DNA of 64,000 nt from Chloroflexota bacterium. Lineage in GTDB: Bacteria > Chloroflexota > UBA11872 > VXOZ01. The translations under genes and the position numbers were made by a program. The notes beneath the pieces are model-generated. The model saw only the letters and a list, made by a program, of their open reading frames with translations, was not told the DNA's origin and ran no database searches. This document shows positions 39,476 through 48,776 of this stretch, piece by piece (position 1 is the first letter of the stretch; each line of letters starts with the position of its first letter). Where the stretch lies: NCBI GenBank assembly GCA_964291655.2, contig OZ219801.1, forward strand, positions 64,001 to 128,000, given 5' to 3'.

Positions 39476-39584
39476 CACAGATGGAGACCGTTGCCGCCGC
39501 TGCTTGCGCCCCCATGCCGGCGTGATATCAGCACGAGCGCACCCTCGCTGTAGCACGCTGCTGTATCGATTGGCTCCGCTGGTT

Positions 39585-39674
39585 TATAATTGAAGAGGAA
39601 TATACTATACTTGCTTTGCGCTATTGAATTGCGTTTGAGGAAGCATATCCTTGGACGGGGCAAGCGCAAGAGCA
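39585..39674 (+). promoter_or_regulatory. Promoter -10 boxes and long leader hairpin upstream of korA
   Basis: TATAAT at 39585-39590 and TATACT at 39601-39606. Hairpin at 39612-39674. Confidence 0.5.
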
Positions 39675-39713
39675 CTAACAATCGACTATTGCAGGAAGTA
39701 AAGTACACGGATA

Positions 39714-41492
39714 ATGACGAGAAACGACCTAGTCATCCGCGTCGCTGGTGAGGCAGGCGAAGGGATTGTCTCAACCGGCCAACTGCTCACCCCAGCGGCA
39801 CTGCGGGGCGGATTCCACGTTCTCACCTACTCACAGCCGCCGTCCGAGATTAAGGGCGGTCATGCCTTCTATCAAATCAGGCTCAATGCGTACCGCTCCT
39901 ATAGCAAAGGCGATTCCGTAGATATCCTTCTCGCCTTCAATCAGGAAGCATACGACCGCAACGCAGCCGAAACGAAAGATGACGGCTTACTGGTCTATGA
40001 CCCTTCAGAGGTGACGCCGTCTGCCGATAGTCACTTCGTGCAAGTAGAATTCCCGCTCAACGACATCGCCAAGAACCAGCTCAAGTTCCCCATCGCCAAG
40101 AATGTCGTGGCGGTTGGCGCGCTGGCGGAGCTCTTTGGCTTGCCGACAAAGCACCTTGATTCCCTCATCGAAGAGCGATGGTTGCGGAAAGGCGAAGCGG
40201 TAGTCCAGAAGAACCTGGACGCATTGCGCGCGGGCATTGACTATGTCATTGCACACGTCCCGCAGCGGGAGAACTTTGCCCTCTACCCTGAGAAATCTCA
40301 TGCCGGTGAAATCATGGTAAGCGGCAGTGAAGCAATTGGCCTTGGTGCAATTGCCGCCGGATGCGGCTTTATGGCGGGCTATCCAATTACACCTGCCAGC
40401 GACATCAAAGAATTCTTAGAGGTACACTTGCCGAAAACAGGCGGCCACGCGCTGCAAGCGGAAGACGAACTTGCCGCCGTCGGCATGGTGCTGGGAGCAT
40501 CGTTCGCGGGATCAAAAGCGATGACGGCGACCTCCGGCCCCGGTTTTAGCTTGATGATCGAGATTCTTGGACTTGCAGCAATGGCGGAACTCCCCTGCGT
40601 CATCGTGGACGCGCAGCGGGCCGGGCCTTCAACCGGTATGCCGACCCGCCACGAGCAGGGCGATCTCTACCAGGCCGCCTTTGCGGGACATGGCGAGTGC
40701 CCCCGCATCGTGTTGGCACCCACATCGGTAAGAGACTGTTTCTACCAAACGGTTAATGCATTCAATCTCGCCGAGAAGTACCAGACTCCCGTCATCTTGC
40801 TTGGCGATACGCTGCTTAATGTGCGCTCAGAGAGCATTCCCCGTCCCGATCTGAACGAAGTCGCAGTAATAGACCGTCTGTTGTTCTCTGAGAACGGCAA
40901 CGGCATCGGAGAAGACGTCGGCGTCGGTGACGAGGTCGGTAGCATGAACGGTGAGTATCATCGCTACGTGCTCACGGAGAACGGAGTCTCACCCATGGCC
41001 GTCCCCGGCCAAGAAGGCGGGCAGTATATTGCCACCGGCCTTGAGCATAACGAAGAAGGCCTCCATCGCTATGACGAGGCAACGCATACAATCATGACCC
41101 AGAAACGCTTCCGCAAACTCGAGCGCGCAGCTCTTGAGGCGCCAGAGGCGGATCGATTCGGCAACCCGGACGCTGAAATTGGCATTCTCACGTGGGGCTC
41201 TACTGTGGGATCCGTCATCGAGGTGATTCGCCAGGCGGAGAATGAGGGCTTAGAGCTCGATATGTTAGCGCCAAGAATGCTCATGCCGCTGCCGGACCAT
41301 GAGCTGCGGCCCTTCATCGAAAGCAAGCGTGTGATTATAATCCCGGAGGTAAACTACGTCGGTCAATTCGCCAACATGGTCTCGAGCCAGTTCCCCCGCG
41401 ATTACGTGCGGATTAACATATTCGGCGGCATGCCGTTCCGCGTCGACTGGCTCCTGGAAAAGATTAGGGAGGAAGTGGCACAGTATGTCTAG
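39714..41492 (+). CDS. korA: 2-oxoacid:ferredoxin oxidoreductase alpha subunit (gamma-alpha fusion)
   Basis: AGEAGEG, EIKGG, YPITP, QAEDE, TATSGPG, QRAGPSTGMPT. Confidence 0.95.
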   Translation: MTRNDLVIRVAGEAGEGIVSTGQLLTPAALRGGFHVLTYSQPPSEIKGGHAFYQIRLNAYRSYSKGDSVDILLAFNQEAYDRNAAETKDDGLLVYDPSEVTPSADSHFVQVEFPLNDIAKNQLKFPIAKNVVAVGALAELFGLPTKHLDSLIEERWLRKGEAVVQKNLDALRAGIDYVIAHVPQRENFALYPEKSHAGEIMVSGSEAIGLGAIAAGCGFMAGYPITPASDIKEFLEVHLPKTGGHALQAEDELAAVGMVLGASFAGSKAMTATSGPGFSLMIEILGLAAMAELPCVIVDAQRAGPSTGMPTRHEQGDLYQAAFAGHGECPRIVLAPTSVRDCFYQTVNAFNLAEKYQTPVILLGDTLLNVRSESIPRPDLNEVAVIDRLLFSENGNGIGEDVGVGDEVGSMNGEYHRYVLTENGVSPMAVPGQEGGQYIATGLEHNEEGLHRYDEATHTIMTQKRFRKLERAALEAPEADRFGNPDAEIGILTWGSTVGSVIEVIRQAENEGLELDMLAPRMLMPLPDHELRPFIESKRVIIIPEVNYVGQFANMVSSQFPRDYVRINIFGGMPFRVDWLLEKIREEVAQYV

Positions 41493-42351
41493 TGTAATTA
41501 CTGCAGAGAAGCGGAAGGTTGCCGACTATAAGGGCGATGAGCGCCCGACGTGGTGCCCCGGTTGCGGAGATTTCGGTGTCCTCAACGCTGTATTTAAGGG
41601 GCTAAGCGAACATAACTTCGATCCCAAGAATGTGATCATCGTCTCCGGCATCGGCTGCTCCAGTCGCCTGCCCTTCTTTACCAATGCCTACGGCTTCCAT
41701 ACGGTGCACGGGCGCGCGATGCCCGTTGCCGCCGGGATTCGCGCGGTACAGCCGGAAATGCCGGTCTTGGCCATGGGTGGTGACGGCGATGCCTTCGCCA
41801 TTGGGGTGGGACATCTCATTCACGCCATCCGACGCAACCTAAACATTTGCTACGTGGTGATGGATAATGCGGTGTACGGACTTACCAAAGGGCAGACTTC
41901 TCCCACCGCCGAGCGCGGCCTGGCGACCAAAGCAACGCCGCAAGGCGCCAGCGACCCGGCCGTAAATCCGCTTCTCCTTGCTCTCGCCACCGGTTGCACG
42001 TATGTCGCTCGCGGCTTTTCCAGCAAGCCCAAGGAACTGGCCGACCTCATCGCCCGCGGCATCGCGCATCAGGGGTTTGCCTTCATAGATACGTACAGCC
42101 CCTGCCCAACGTTCAACACGGTCAACACCTTTAAGTATTATCGGGATGCCACAGAAGATCTTCCCGTCGACTTCGATCCCACGAATTTCAACACCGCCTT
42201 GCAATTTGCCGCCAGTGAAGACCCCCTCTATTTGGGTCTCTTTTACCAAGATGAACAGCCTACCTTCGAGGATCGCATCCTAAGCAACCGGCCGGAAGAA
42301 ACAAGCAGTCCAATGACCGTGGTGGAGAATCTGTTCGAACAGATGAGCTAG
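41485..42351 (+). CDS. korB: 2-oxoacid:ferredoxin oxidoreductase beta subunit
   Basis: WCPGCGD, SGIGCS, HGR, GGDGD, YGLTKGQTSPT, SPCPTFN. Confidence 0.95.
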   Translation: MSSVITAEKRKVADYKGDERPTWCPGCGDFGVLNAVFKGLSEHNFDPKNVIIVSGIGCSSRLPFFTNAYGFHTVHGRAMPVAAGIRAVQPEMPVLAMGGDGDAFAIGVGHLIHAIRRNLNICYVVMDNAVYGLTKGQTSPTAERGLATKATPQGASDPAVNPLLLALATGCTYVARGFSSKPKELADLIARGIAHQGFAFIDTYSPCPTFNTVNTFKYYRDATEDLPVDFDPTNFNTALQFAASEDPLYLGLFYQDEQPTFEDRILSNRPEETSSPMTVVENLFEQMS

Positions 42352-42388
42352 TAGTTGGTCATCGCTACACTCTAGAGAAGTCTCGCAA

Positions 42389-42418
42389 GCGGACTCCATA
42401 AAGCTGGAGTTCGCTTTT
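42389..42418 (+). terminator. Rho-independent terminator after korB
   Basis: GCGGACTCCA-TAAAGC-TGGAGTTCGC followed by TTTT. Confidence 0.65.
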
Positions 42419-42449
42419 ATGCGCCTGCTTGCGAGCATCGGAGCTTTGC

Positions 42450-42597
42450 TTAACATTCATGCCGCCTGGATTGTATACTAGTGGCTGAGGGCTGGAAAAT
42501 CGCCACGTCTGAAGCGTGTACTTCGCTGTAGGTGGCGAGACAATTATCCAGCCTATTTTGCAGTAATGTGACGACGTTTTCGGTGCCTAGGCACCGA
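42450..42597 (+). promoter_or_regulatory. sdh promoter and structured leader
   Basis: TTAACA-18 bp-TATACT (42450-42479), a long hairpin at 42490-42553 and a perfect 18-bp palindrome TCGGTGCCTAGGCACCGA at 42580-42597. Confidence 0.55.
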
Positions 42598-42630
42598 CCT
42601 TGAAATTCAATTGCGTGGGAGTGCCGTACC

Positions 42631-44307
42631 GTGCTGGAGCATGACGTCGTAGTGGTAGGCGCCGGTCTTGCCGGCATGCAAGCTGCGCTGCACGCGGCAC
42701 GCCAGGGCGTAAGCGTAGCCATTCTCACGAAGGTACACCCCGTGCGCAGCCACTCAAACGCCGCGCAAGGCGGCATCAATGCTGCTATGGAAGAGGACGA
42801 TCCCTGGGAAGACCACGCCTACGATACGGTCAAAGGCAGCGACTACCTGGGAGACCAAGACGCCATCGAGGTGTTGTGCAGCGAAGCTCCGGAAACGATC
42901 ATCGAGCTTGAGCACATGGGGGTCATCTTCAACCGGGGCTCTCGCGGCCAGATAGACCTGCGCGCCTTTGGCGGCCAGGCACGCAAGCGCACCTGCTACG
43001 TGTCCGACATTACCGGCCAGGTCTTACTCCACGTCATCTACGAGCAACTGATGAAGGCCGGAACCACGGTCTATGAAGAGTGGTTCGTGACATCGCTCGT
43101 CCGTCAGAATGACGCGGTCTGCGGTGTAATAGCCATGGATCTGCGTACGGGTGAACTCCAACTCATCAAAGCAAAAGCCGTAATCCTTTGCACCGGCGGC
43201 TCCGGGCGCGTGTACGAACCCAGCAGCAACGCCCTCATCTGCACCGGCGACGGCTACGCACAGGCCTATCGCGTGGGCGCCCCTCTGATGGACATGGAAA
43301 TGGTCCAGTACCACCCCACCACGCTCCCCGGCAACGGCGCGCTCATGACCGAAGGCGCACGGGGCGAGGGGGCGTATCTCATCAATGCAGACGGTGAGCG
43401 TTTCATGAAGCGCTACGCGCCAAACATGATGGAACTGGCCTCGCGAGACGTAGTTTCCCGGGCGGAGCAGACTGAGATCAATGAAGGACGGGACATTAAC
43501 GGCTGCGTCCTCCTGGATGTTCGGCACCTTGATCGCAACACGATTCTGCAGAAGCTCAGCCAGATTCGCGAGCTTGGTCTCGAATATGAAGGTGTCGACA
43601 TCATTGAAGAGCCCTGTCCCGTGCGGCCCGGCATGCATTACATGATGGGCGGCATCAAGACGGACATCGAAGGAGCCACGTTCGTCAAGGGTCTCTACGC
43701 CGCCGGAGAATCGGCGTGCGTCTCCGTACATGGCGGCAATCGCTTGGGTGCCAACTCGCTTCTCGATACGCTTGTGTTTGGCAAACGGGCGGGCACATCC
43801 GCCGTCCTGTATGCAGATAGCATTGACTCTCTGGACATCCCGGACTCGCGCTTGCAGGAAGACCAGGAGCACATCAACGGCATTCTCGCTCAAGACAGAG
43901 ACAGCGGGGAACGCGCCGCAGCGCTGCGACTAACCATGGGTGAGACCATGCACCGGCATGTCGGCGTCTTCCGCAACCACAATGGCCTGGTAGAAGCGCA
44001 AGCGATTGTAGCTAACCTGAAGGAACGCTTTCGAAACGTTCGTGTCGATGACAGGGGCAAGATATTCAACACCGACCTGCTCTTTGCGCTGGAAGTCGGC
44101 CTGATGCTCGATGTCGCGGAAGCCATCGTGGCAGGCGCGCTGTTTCGCACCGAAAGTAGAGGTGCCCACTACCGTACCGACTACCCGGACCGCAATGATG
44201 ATGACTGGCTGAAGCACACGTTGGTGTTTCACGGTGACAGCGGCCCGCGCTTAGAAACGCTGCCCGTCACGATTACCCAGTGGCAACCTGCGAGGAGAAC
44301 GTACTAA
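42631..44307 (+). CDS. sdhA: Succinate dehydrogenase/fumarate reductase flavoprotein subunit
   Basis: GAGLAG, RSHSNAAQGG (covalent FAD His), QYHPT, TEGARGEG, HYMMGG, HGGNRLGANSL, RTESRGAH. Confidence 0.96.
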   Translation: MLEHDVVVVGAGLAGMQAALHAARQGVSVAILTKVHPVRSHSNAAQGGINAAMEEDDPWEDHAYDTVKGSDYLGDQDAIEVLCSEAPETIIELEHMGVIFNRGSRGQIDLRAFGGQARKRTCYVSDITGQVLLHVIYEQLMKAGTTVYEEWFVTSLVRQNDAVCGVIAMDLRTGELQLIKAKAVILCTGGSGRVYEPSSNALICTGDGYAQAYRVGAPLMDMEMVQYHPTTLPGNGALMTEGARGEGAYLINADGERFMKRYAPNMMELASRDVVSRAEQTEINEGRDINGCVLLDVRHLDRNTILQKLSQIRELGLEYEGVDIIEEPCPVRPGMHYMMGGIKTDIEGATFVKGLYAAGESACVSVHGGNRLGANSLLDTLVFGKRAGTSAVLYADSIDSLDIPDSRLQEDQEHINGILAQDRDSGERAAALRLTMGETMHRHVGVFRNHNGLVEAQAIVANLKERFRNVRVDDRGKIFNTDLLFALEVGLMLDVAEAIVAGALFRTESRGAHYRTDYPDRNDDDWLKHTLVFHGDSGPRLETLPVTITQWQPARRTY

Positions 44308-45267
44308 ATGCAATTCAGGCTCACCGTTAGACGCTTTGATCCTGAGGCAGAGAATCCCGCTCCTTACTGGCGTGAGTACGACGTGGATGTGCCTGAAAAC
44401 GCTACGGTCCTCGACTGTCTCATCCACATTCGGGAGTACGTCGACGGTACGCTAGCCGTGCGCTGCTCGTGCCGGTCGGCCATCTGCGGATCGTGCATGA
44501 TGCGAGTCAACGGCCAGGCGCGCTTGGCTTGCGCCACCAAAGCGAAAGACATGCAGGCCAGCGGCGATGTGATCACGGTTGAGCCGGGCGGCAACATGCC
44601 GGTGCTCAAGGATTTGATCGTGGACATGGATGTGTTTTGGGACAAGATCCGCCAGGTCAAACCCTGGCTGGAGCCGGTTCAGCCGGTTCCTGAGCGCGAA
44701 TACCTGGTGCCTAACGAGACCATTCTCGATCTCACCGTGGCTATGAACTGCGTCATGTGCGGTGCGTGCGTTTCCGACTGTACCTCCCTGGAAGTCGATA
44801 AGAATTTCCTCGGGCCTGCGGCCCTGGCGAAGGCGTACCGGTTCGTTGACGACCCCCGCGATGACACAAGGCAAGAGCGGCTGGTAGAACTCAGCGACTC
44901 CGGCGGCGTGTACGACTGCACGCATTGCTTCTTCTGTGTAGAAGTCTGTCCGAAGGGTGTCGCGCCGCTTGAGCGCATCGTGGAGATACGCGAACGCGCC
45001 CAAACCGCGGGTGTCACGAATAATGCCGGTACCCGCCATGCCAAAGCCTTTGAAGGGATTATCCGCGACAGCGGCATCCTGGATGAGCCGATGCTCTTGC
45101 TGCGCTCGATCGGCATGAATCCGGTGGAGCAAATGAAGAACGTGCCCGGCGGCGTGCGCCTCTTGCGCGCAGGTAAGCTGCCGTTGGCTTCAGGCCCGTT
45201 CCATCACAAGATTCCGGGCCACGGCAATGTACAACGCCTCTTTGAAAAAGTGGAGTCTTCCCAGTGA
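44308..45267 (+). CDS. sdhB: Succinate dehydrogenase iron-sulfur subunit (type E-like)
   Basis: CRSAICGSC..C, CVMCGACVSDC and CTHCFFCVEVCP, with a C-terminal extension. Confidence 0.95.
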   Translation: MQFRLTVRRFDPEAENPAPYWREYDVDVPENATVLDCLIHIREYVDGTLAVRCSCRSAICGSCMMRVNGQARLACATKAKDMQASGDVITVEPGGNMPVLKDLIVDMDVFWDKIRQVKPWLEPVQPVPEREYLVPNETILDLTVAMNCVMCGACVSDCTSLEVDKNFLGPAALAKAYRFVDDPRDDTRQERLVELSDSGGVYDCTHCFFCVEVCPKGVAPLERIVEIRERAQTAGVTNNAGTRHAKAFEGIIRDSGILDEPMLLLRSIGMNPVEQMKNVPGGVRLLRAGKLPLASGPFHHKIPGHGNVQRLFEKVESSQ

Positions 45268-46154
45268 AGTATGCCTTCTTTCCCGGTTGCGTCTCGCGGG
45301 GCGCGTGCCCGGAACTCATGCAATCACTCACGGCAGTGGCGGCACACATCGGCATGGAACTGGAACTCATGGAGACCGCTTCGTGCACAGGCGCCGGCGT
45401 CATCAGCGAGCGCAATCAAAAACTGGCCGATGCCTTGAATGCCCGCAACTTTGCCTTGGCGGAACAGACCGGTTTGCCGCTCATGAACATTTGCAGCACG
45501 TGCCAGGGCGTGATGAGTGGTGTCAATGAGCGACTCAAGGCCAGACCGGAATACCTGGCAGAAATCAATGAGATGCTCGCGGAAGAGGGCTTGTCGTATT
45601 CCGGCAGAGCTGAACCACGCAACTTCCTGTGGGTGCTGGTGGAAGACTTCGGCCTGGATAATCTGCGCAAGCTCGTGAAGCGACCTCTATCGGAACTGAA
45701 TGTCGCTCCCTTCTATGGCTGCTACATTTCGCGCCCGACCGACATCCTGGGTTACCATGACTTTCCTCAGCGCGGAGTTTACCTTGAAATGATCATAGAG
45801 GCATGCGGCGCGACGCCGGTGGACTACTCCGGCAAGAAGAAGTGCTGTGGTTTCCCTATTATCACTATGAACCGCACGAATTCGCTCAAGATGGCGGGCA
45901 ATCACGTCGGTGAAGCATCGGAAAAGGGCGCCGACTTTATGGTCACGCCCTGCCCGCTGTGTCACTTGAACCTGGACGCACAGCAGCCTGACGCCGCCAG
46001 AGTTGTACAAACACCCCTCAACTTACCGATTCTGCACCTTTCACAACTCATCGGCATGGCACTGGGCCTCGACGATGCGGACCTTGGCCTCAATCGCCAC
46101 GTCATCTCCACCAATCCGGTGCGAGAACGCGTCCACGCGCTGCCAATGGCATAG
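45264..46154 (+). CDS. CCG-domain (HdrB-like / type E SDH 'SdhE') subunit
   Basis: FFPGC, SCTG, CSTC, FYGC, CCG, CPLC. The start overlaps the sdhB stop. Confidence 0.9.
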   Translation: MKYAFFPGCVSRGACPELMQSLTAVAAHIGMELELMETASCTGAGVISERNQKLADALNARNFALAEQTGLPLMNICSTCQGVMSGVNERLKARPEYLAEINEMLAEEGLSYSGRAEPRNFLWVLVEDFGLDNLRKLVKRPLSELNVAPFYGCYISRPTDILGYHDFPQRGVYLEMIIEACGATPVDYSGKKKCCGFPIITMNRTNSLKMAGNHVGEASEKGADFMVTPCPLCHLNLDAQQPDAARVVQTPLNLPILHLSQLIGMALGLDDADLGLNRHVISTNPVRERVHALPMA

Positions 46155-46384
46155 GCGGCATGGGTGCAAACACGTGCCGGTTTGCGCGGCAGACAATGTG
46201 GCATATTGCGGCAATGTCTAGGGGTCCGCGAATATCTCCTTCAAGATCGAGCAATCGTGCCACTCTGGTAATTGTGCGTACTCCCTCTCAACGGTACGTG
46301 TGAGACATTACACTCTCGATCAACGCGGTTACGTAAACTCAATCCGGCAAGAATAAGCAAAGCGGCAATGGAGGCAATCCAGCT

Positions 46385-47311
46385 ATGCGGAAGAAAGTGA
46401 CAATCGTCGGTGCGGGTCAGGTTGGCGGATCGTGCGCCCGGCGGCTTGCCGAGCGCGACTATGCGGACATCGTACTCATTGACATCGTAGAAGGGTTGCC
46501 ACAAGGCAAGGCGCTCGACATCCTGCAGGCAGCGCCCATAGTCAATTATGACTCGAAGGTTGTCGGAACCAATCACTACGCCGACACCGCTGGATCAGAT
46601 GTTGTTGTCATTACAAGCGGCAGCCCGCGCAAACCCGGTATGAGCCGCGACGACCTGCTGGCCGTCAATCAGAAAGTAATCACTGCCGTCACAGGGGAGA
46701 TCGTCAAGCACTCGCCCGACTGCACCATCATCGTCGTCACCAATCCGGTTGACGCCATGACTCACCTCGCGTGGAAAGTTAGCGGCTTTCCCACAAACCG
46801 CGTCGTAGGGCAGGGCGGCGTGCTCGACTCGGCACGGTATCGCACGTTTCTCGCTCAGGAACTCGGCGTATCTATGCGCGACATCACCGGCTACGTGCTC
46901 GGCGGCCACGGCGACCAAATGGTCCCCTTGCCCCGCTACACGAGTGTCTCCGGCAAGCCGGTTTCGGATTTCATCGCGCCCGATAGACTGGAAGAAATAA
47001 TCCAACGCACGCGCGACGGCGGCGCCGAAATTGTAAACCTCCTCAAGATTGGCAGCGCCTATGAAGCGCCGGGGGCCGCGCTGGTGGAGATGATCGACGC
47101 CATTCTGCTCGATCAGAAGAGAGTCTTGCCGTGCGCGGCGTACCTCGAGGGGGAGTACGGCATTAGCGGCGTCTACGTCGGCGTTCTCATACAACTTGGC
47201 GCCGGTGGCGTAGAGAGCATCGTGGAGCTCGATCTCACCGCAGACGAAAGCGCCATGCTCAACCAATCCGCGGACGCTGTACGTGAGTTAGTGGACGTGA
47301 TGGGCTTTTAG
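46385..47311 (+). CDS. mdh: Malate dehydrogenase (LDH-like)
   Basis: GAGQVG, GSPRKPGMSRDDL (MDH Arg), VTNPVD, LDSAR, GGHGD. Confidence 0.96.
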   Translation: MRKKVTIVGAGQVGGSCARRLAERDYADIVLIDIVEGLPQGKALDILQAAPIVNYDSKVVGTNHYADTAGSDVVVITSGSPRKPGMSRDDLLAVNQKVITAVTGEIVKHSPDCTIIVVTNPVDAMTHLAWKVSGFPTNRVVGQGGVLDSARYRTFLAQELGVSMRDITGYVLGGHGDQMVPLPRYTSVSGKPVSDFIAPDRLEEIIQRTRDGGAEIVNLLKIGSAYEAPGAALVEMIDAILLDQKRVLPCAAYLEGEYGISGVYVGVLIQLGAGGVESIVELDLTADESAMLNQSADAVRELVDVMGF

Positions 47312-47370
47312 GCGGCTACTTTTGCGCCAACTCTCGCATGGAGATTGCAGCTCTTCGTACCCTCCACAGT

Positions 47371-47399
47371 CTCCGGTAGCGCAGGTTTGCAACCTGCGC
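47371..47399. repeat. GTAG-type REP element
   Basis: CTCCGGTAGCGCAGGTTTGCAACCTGCGC, between convergent genes. Confidence 0.8.
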
Positions 47400-47499
47400 A
47401 TACTTGGCACAAGTCGGCACGTGCGTGCAGTCCCTCTACTGCGACCGAACGAGGCAAGCTGCCCAATCCGGACCGGATGGTGTCCCGGGCCGAGGTAGA

Positions 47500-48459
47500 C
47501 TAGGGTAATGCCGTCCGAGCAACCTGCGGCGCTTCTTCAGCAAGCGAGGCTATACGCTCACGCAAGACCGCCTGTATGCCAACAAGATCCGGTTCGAGGA
47601 CAAACATCCCATTGATTTCTTGTGGACTTACCAGTCCCGACGCCTCGTCTATCGCGTAGGTGTCTATACTGTCGGCATCCACGTTGCTGGCAAACCTGGC
47701 CAGGAGTACTAACGTTTGTAGCGAGATGTTGGTGTTCACCGTGTGACGGAAGTCATTGTAGAGCGCGGGTAAACGAAGCAAGGTACGCGGCGTTAGCGCC
47801 TGTGCCTTGAGCGCGTACATTACCTGCTGCTGCCGGTACATACGCCCAAAGTCGCCGGTAGGACTGGACTTACGCGTCCGCGCATACTTCAATGCGGTTT
47901 CACCATCGAGGTGCTGCACACCGGCATTGAGCACGAACGGCTCGTAGCTGATGCCATCCGCCGCCGGAAACTGCATGTCAGAAATGTCAGCTGGCACATC
48001 AATGGTGACACCGCCGAGCGTATCGACAATGCGCGCAAAACCGGAAAAGTTCACTACCGCATAGTAGGGAATGTTCACACCGAGGACGTGCTCAAGTTTG
48101 GCGCGTGCAAGTTCGGCGCCGCCATGCGCGTAGGCAGCGTTGATGCGCTGCGGCTGCGGAAGCCCGTCGAGGCTCACGCGCAGGTCCCGCGGCACAGACG
48201 TCAGCAGCACGCGCTTGTGGTCCACGTCGATGCTGAGCATGGCAATGGAATCGCTGCGCCCCGACAGCGCGTCCCACGAATCCACGCCAAGGAGAAGGAC
48301 GTTTACAATCTGAGGGCTCTCCTCAGCACGCTCATCAATTGACTCCACCGCCTGATCGGATTTGGATACGCTGGCTACTGTCGCGCACCCCGCAAGCATG
48401 CCGGTGAGGAGAAAGAGGCAAAGCAATTTCATCCAGCGTTCCGTCCGCGTTCGCCTCAT
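47500..48459 (-). CDS. LytR-CpsA-Psr (LCP) family protein, putative lipoprotein
   Basis: LAGC lipobox, LLLGVD, RSDS, SVPRD, RINAAY, YARTR, DFGRMYRQQ. Confidence 0.92.
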   Translation of the reverse strand: MRRTRTERWMKLLCLFLLTGMLAGCATVASVSKSDQAVESIDERAEESPQIVNVLLLGVDSWDALSGRSDSIAMLSIDVDHKRVLLTSVPRDLRVSLDGLPQPQRINAAYAHGGAELARAKLEHVLGVNIPYYAVVNFSGFARIVDTLGGVTIDVPADISDMQFPAADGISYEPFVLNAGVQHLDGETALKYARTRKSSPTGDFGRMYRQQQVMYALKAQALTPRTLLRLPALYNDFRHTVNTNISLQTLVLLARFASNVDADSIDTYAIDEASGLVSPQEINGMFVLEPDLVGIQAVLRERIASLAEEAPQVARTALP

Positions 48460-48776
48460 CCGCTGATTCTCTCCTACGCGCTCTGCCGCTGATACGAGAC
48501 ACTTTCTCTATCATGACCCAATAAAGTGAAGGCTGTATGAGTTTTCAGCAATCCGCGCCCGCATCTTCACCAATGAGTAAATGCGGGGTAGCGCCCGCCC
48601 GAACACAAGCCCGCGCAGACTGCACCGTTGCGGCATGTCGATGGCGCTTGGCAAGCCTAGCACACACGTATCATGTGCGCCAATTAGCCTTTCTCCACTT
48701 CGGAGCGTGCAAAGATGAAACTGCACGTGGCTCGGAGTATGATTGTGCTAAGTAAAATGTTAACAGGATCTTCAGA

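Noticed and set aside
38884-39708. Long antisense ORFs (also 43024-43893, 58862-59725, 63238-63963, 61842-62594)
   Set aside because: All overlap well-supported genes on the opposite strand and lack motifs, as expected at this GC content.
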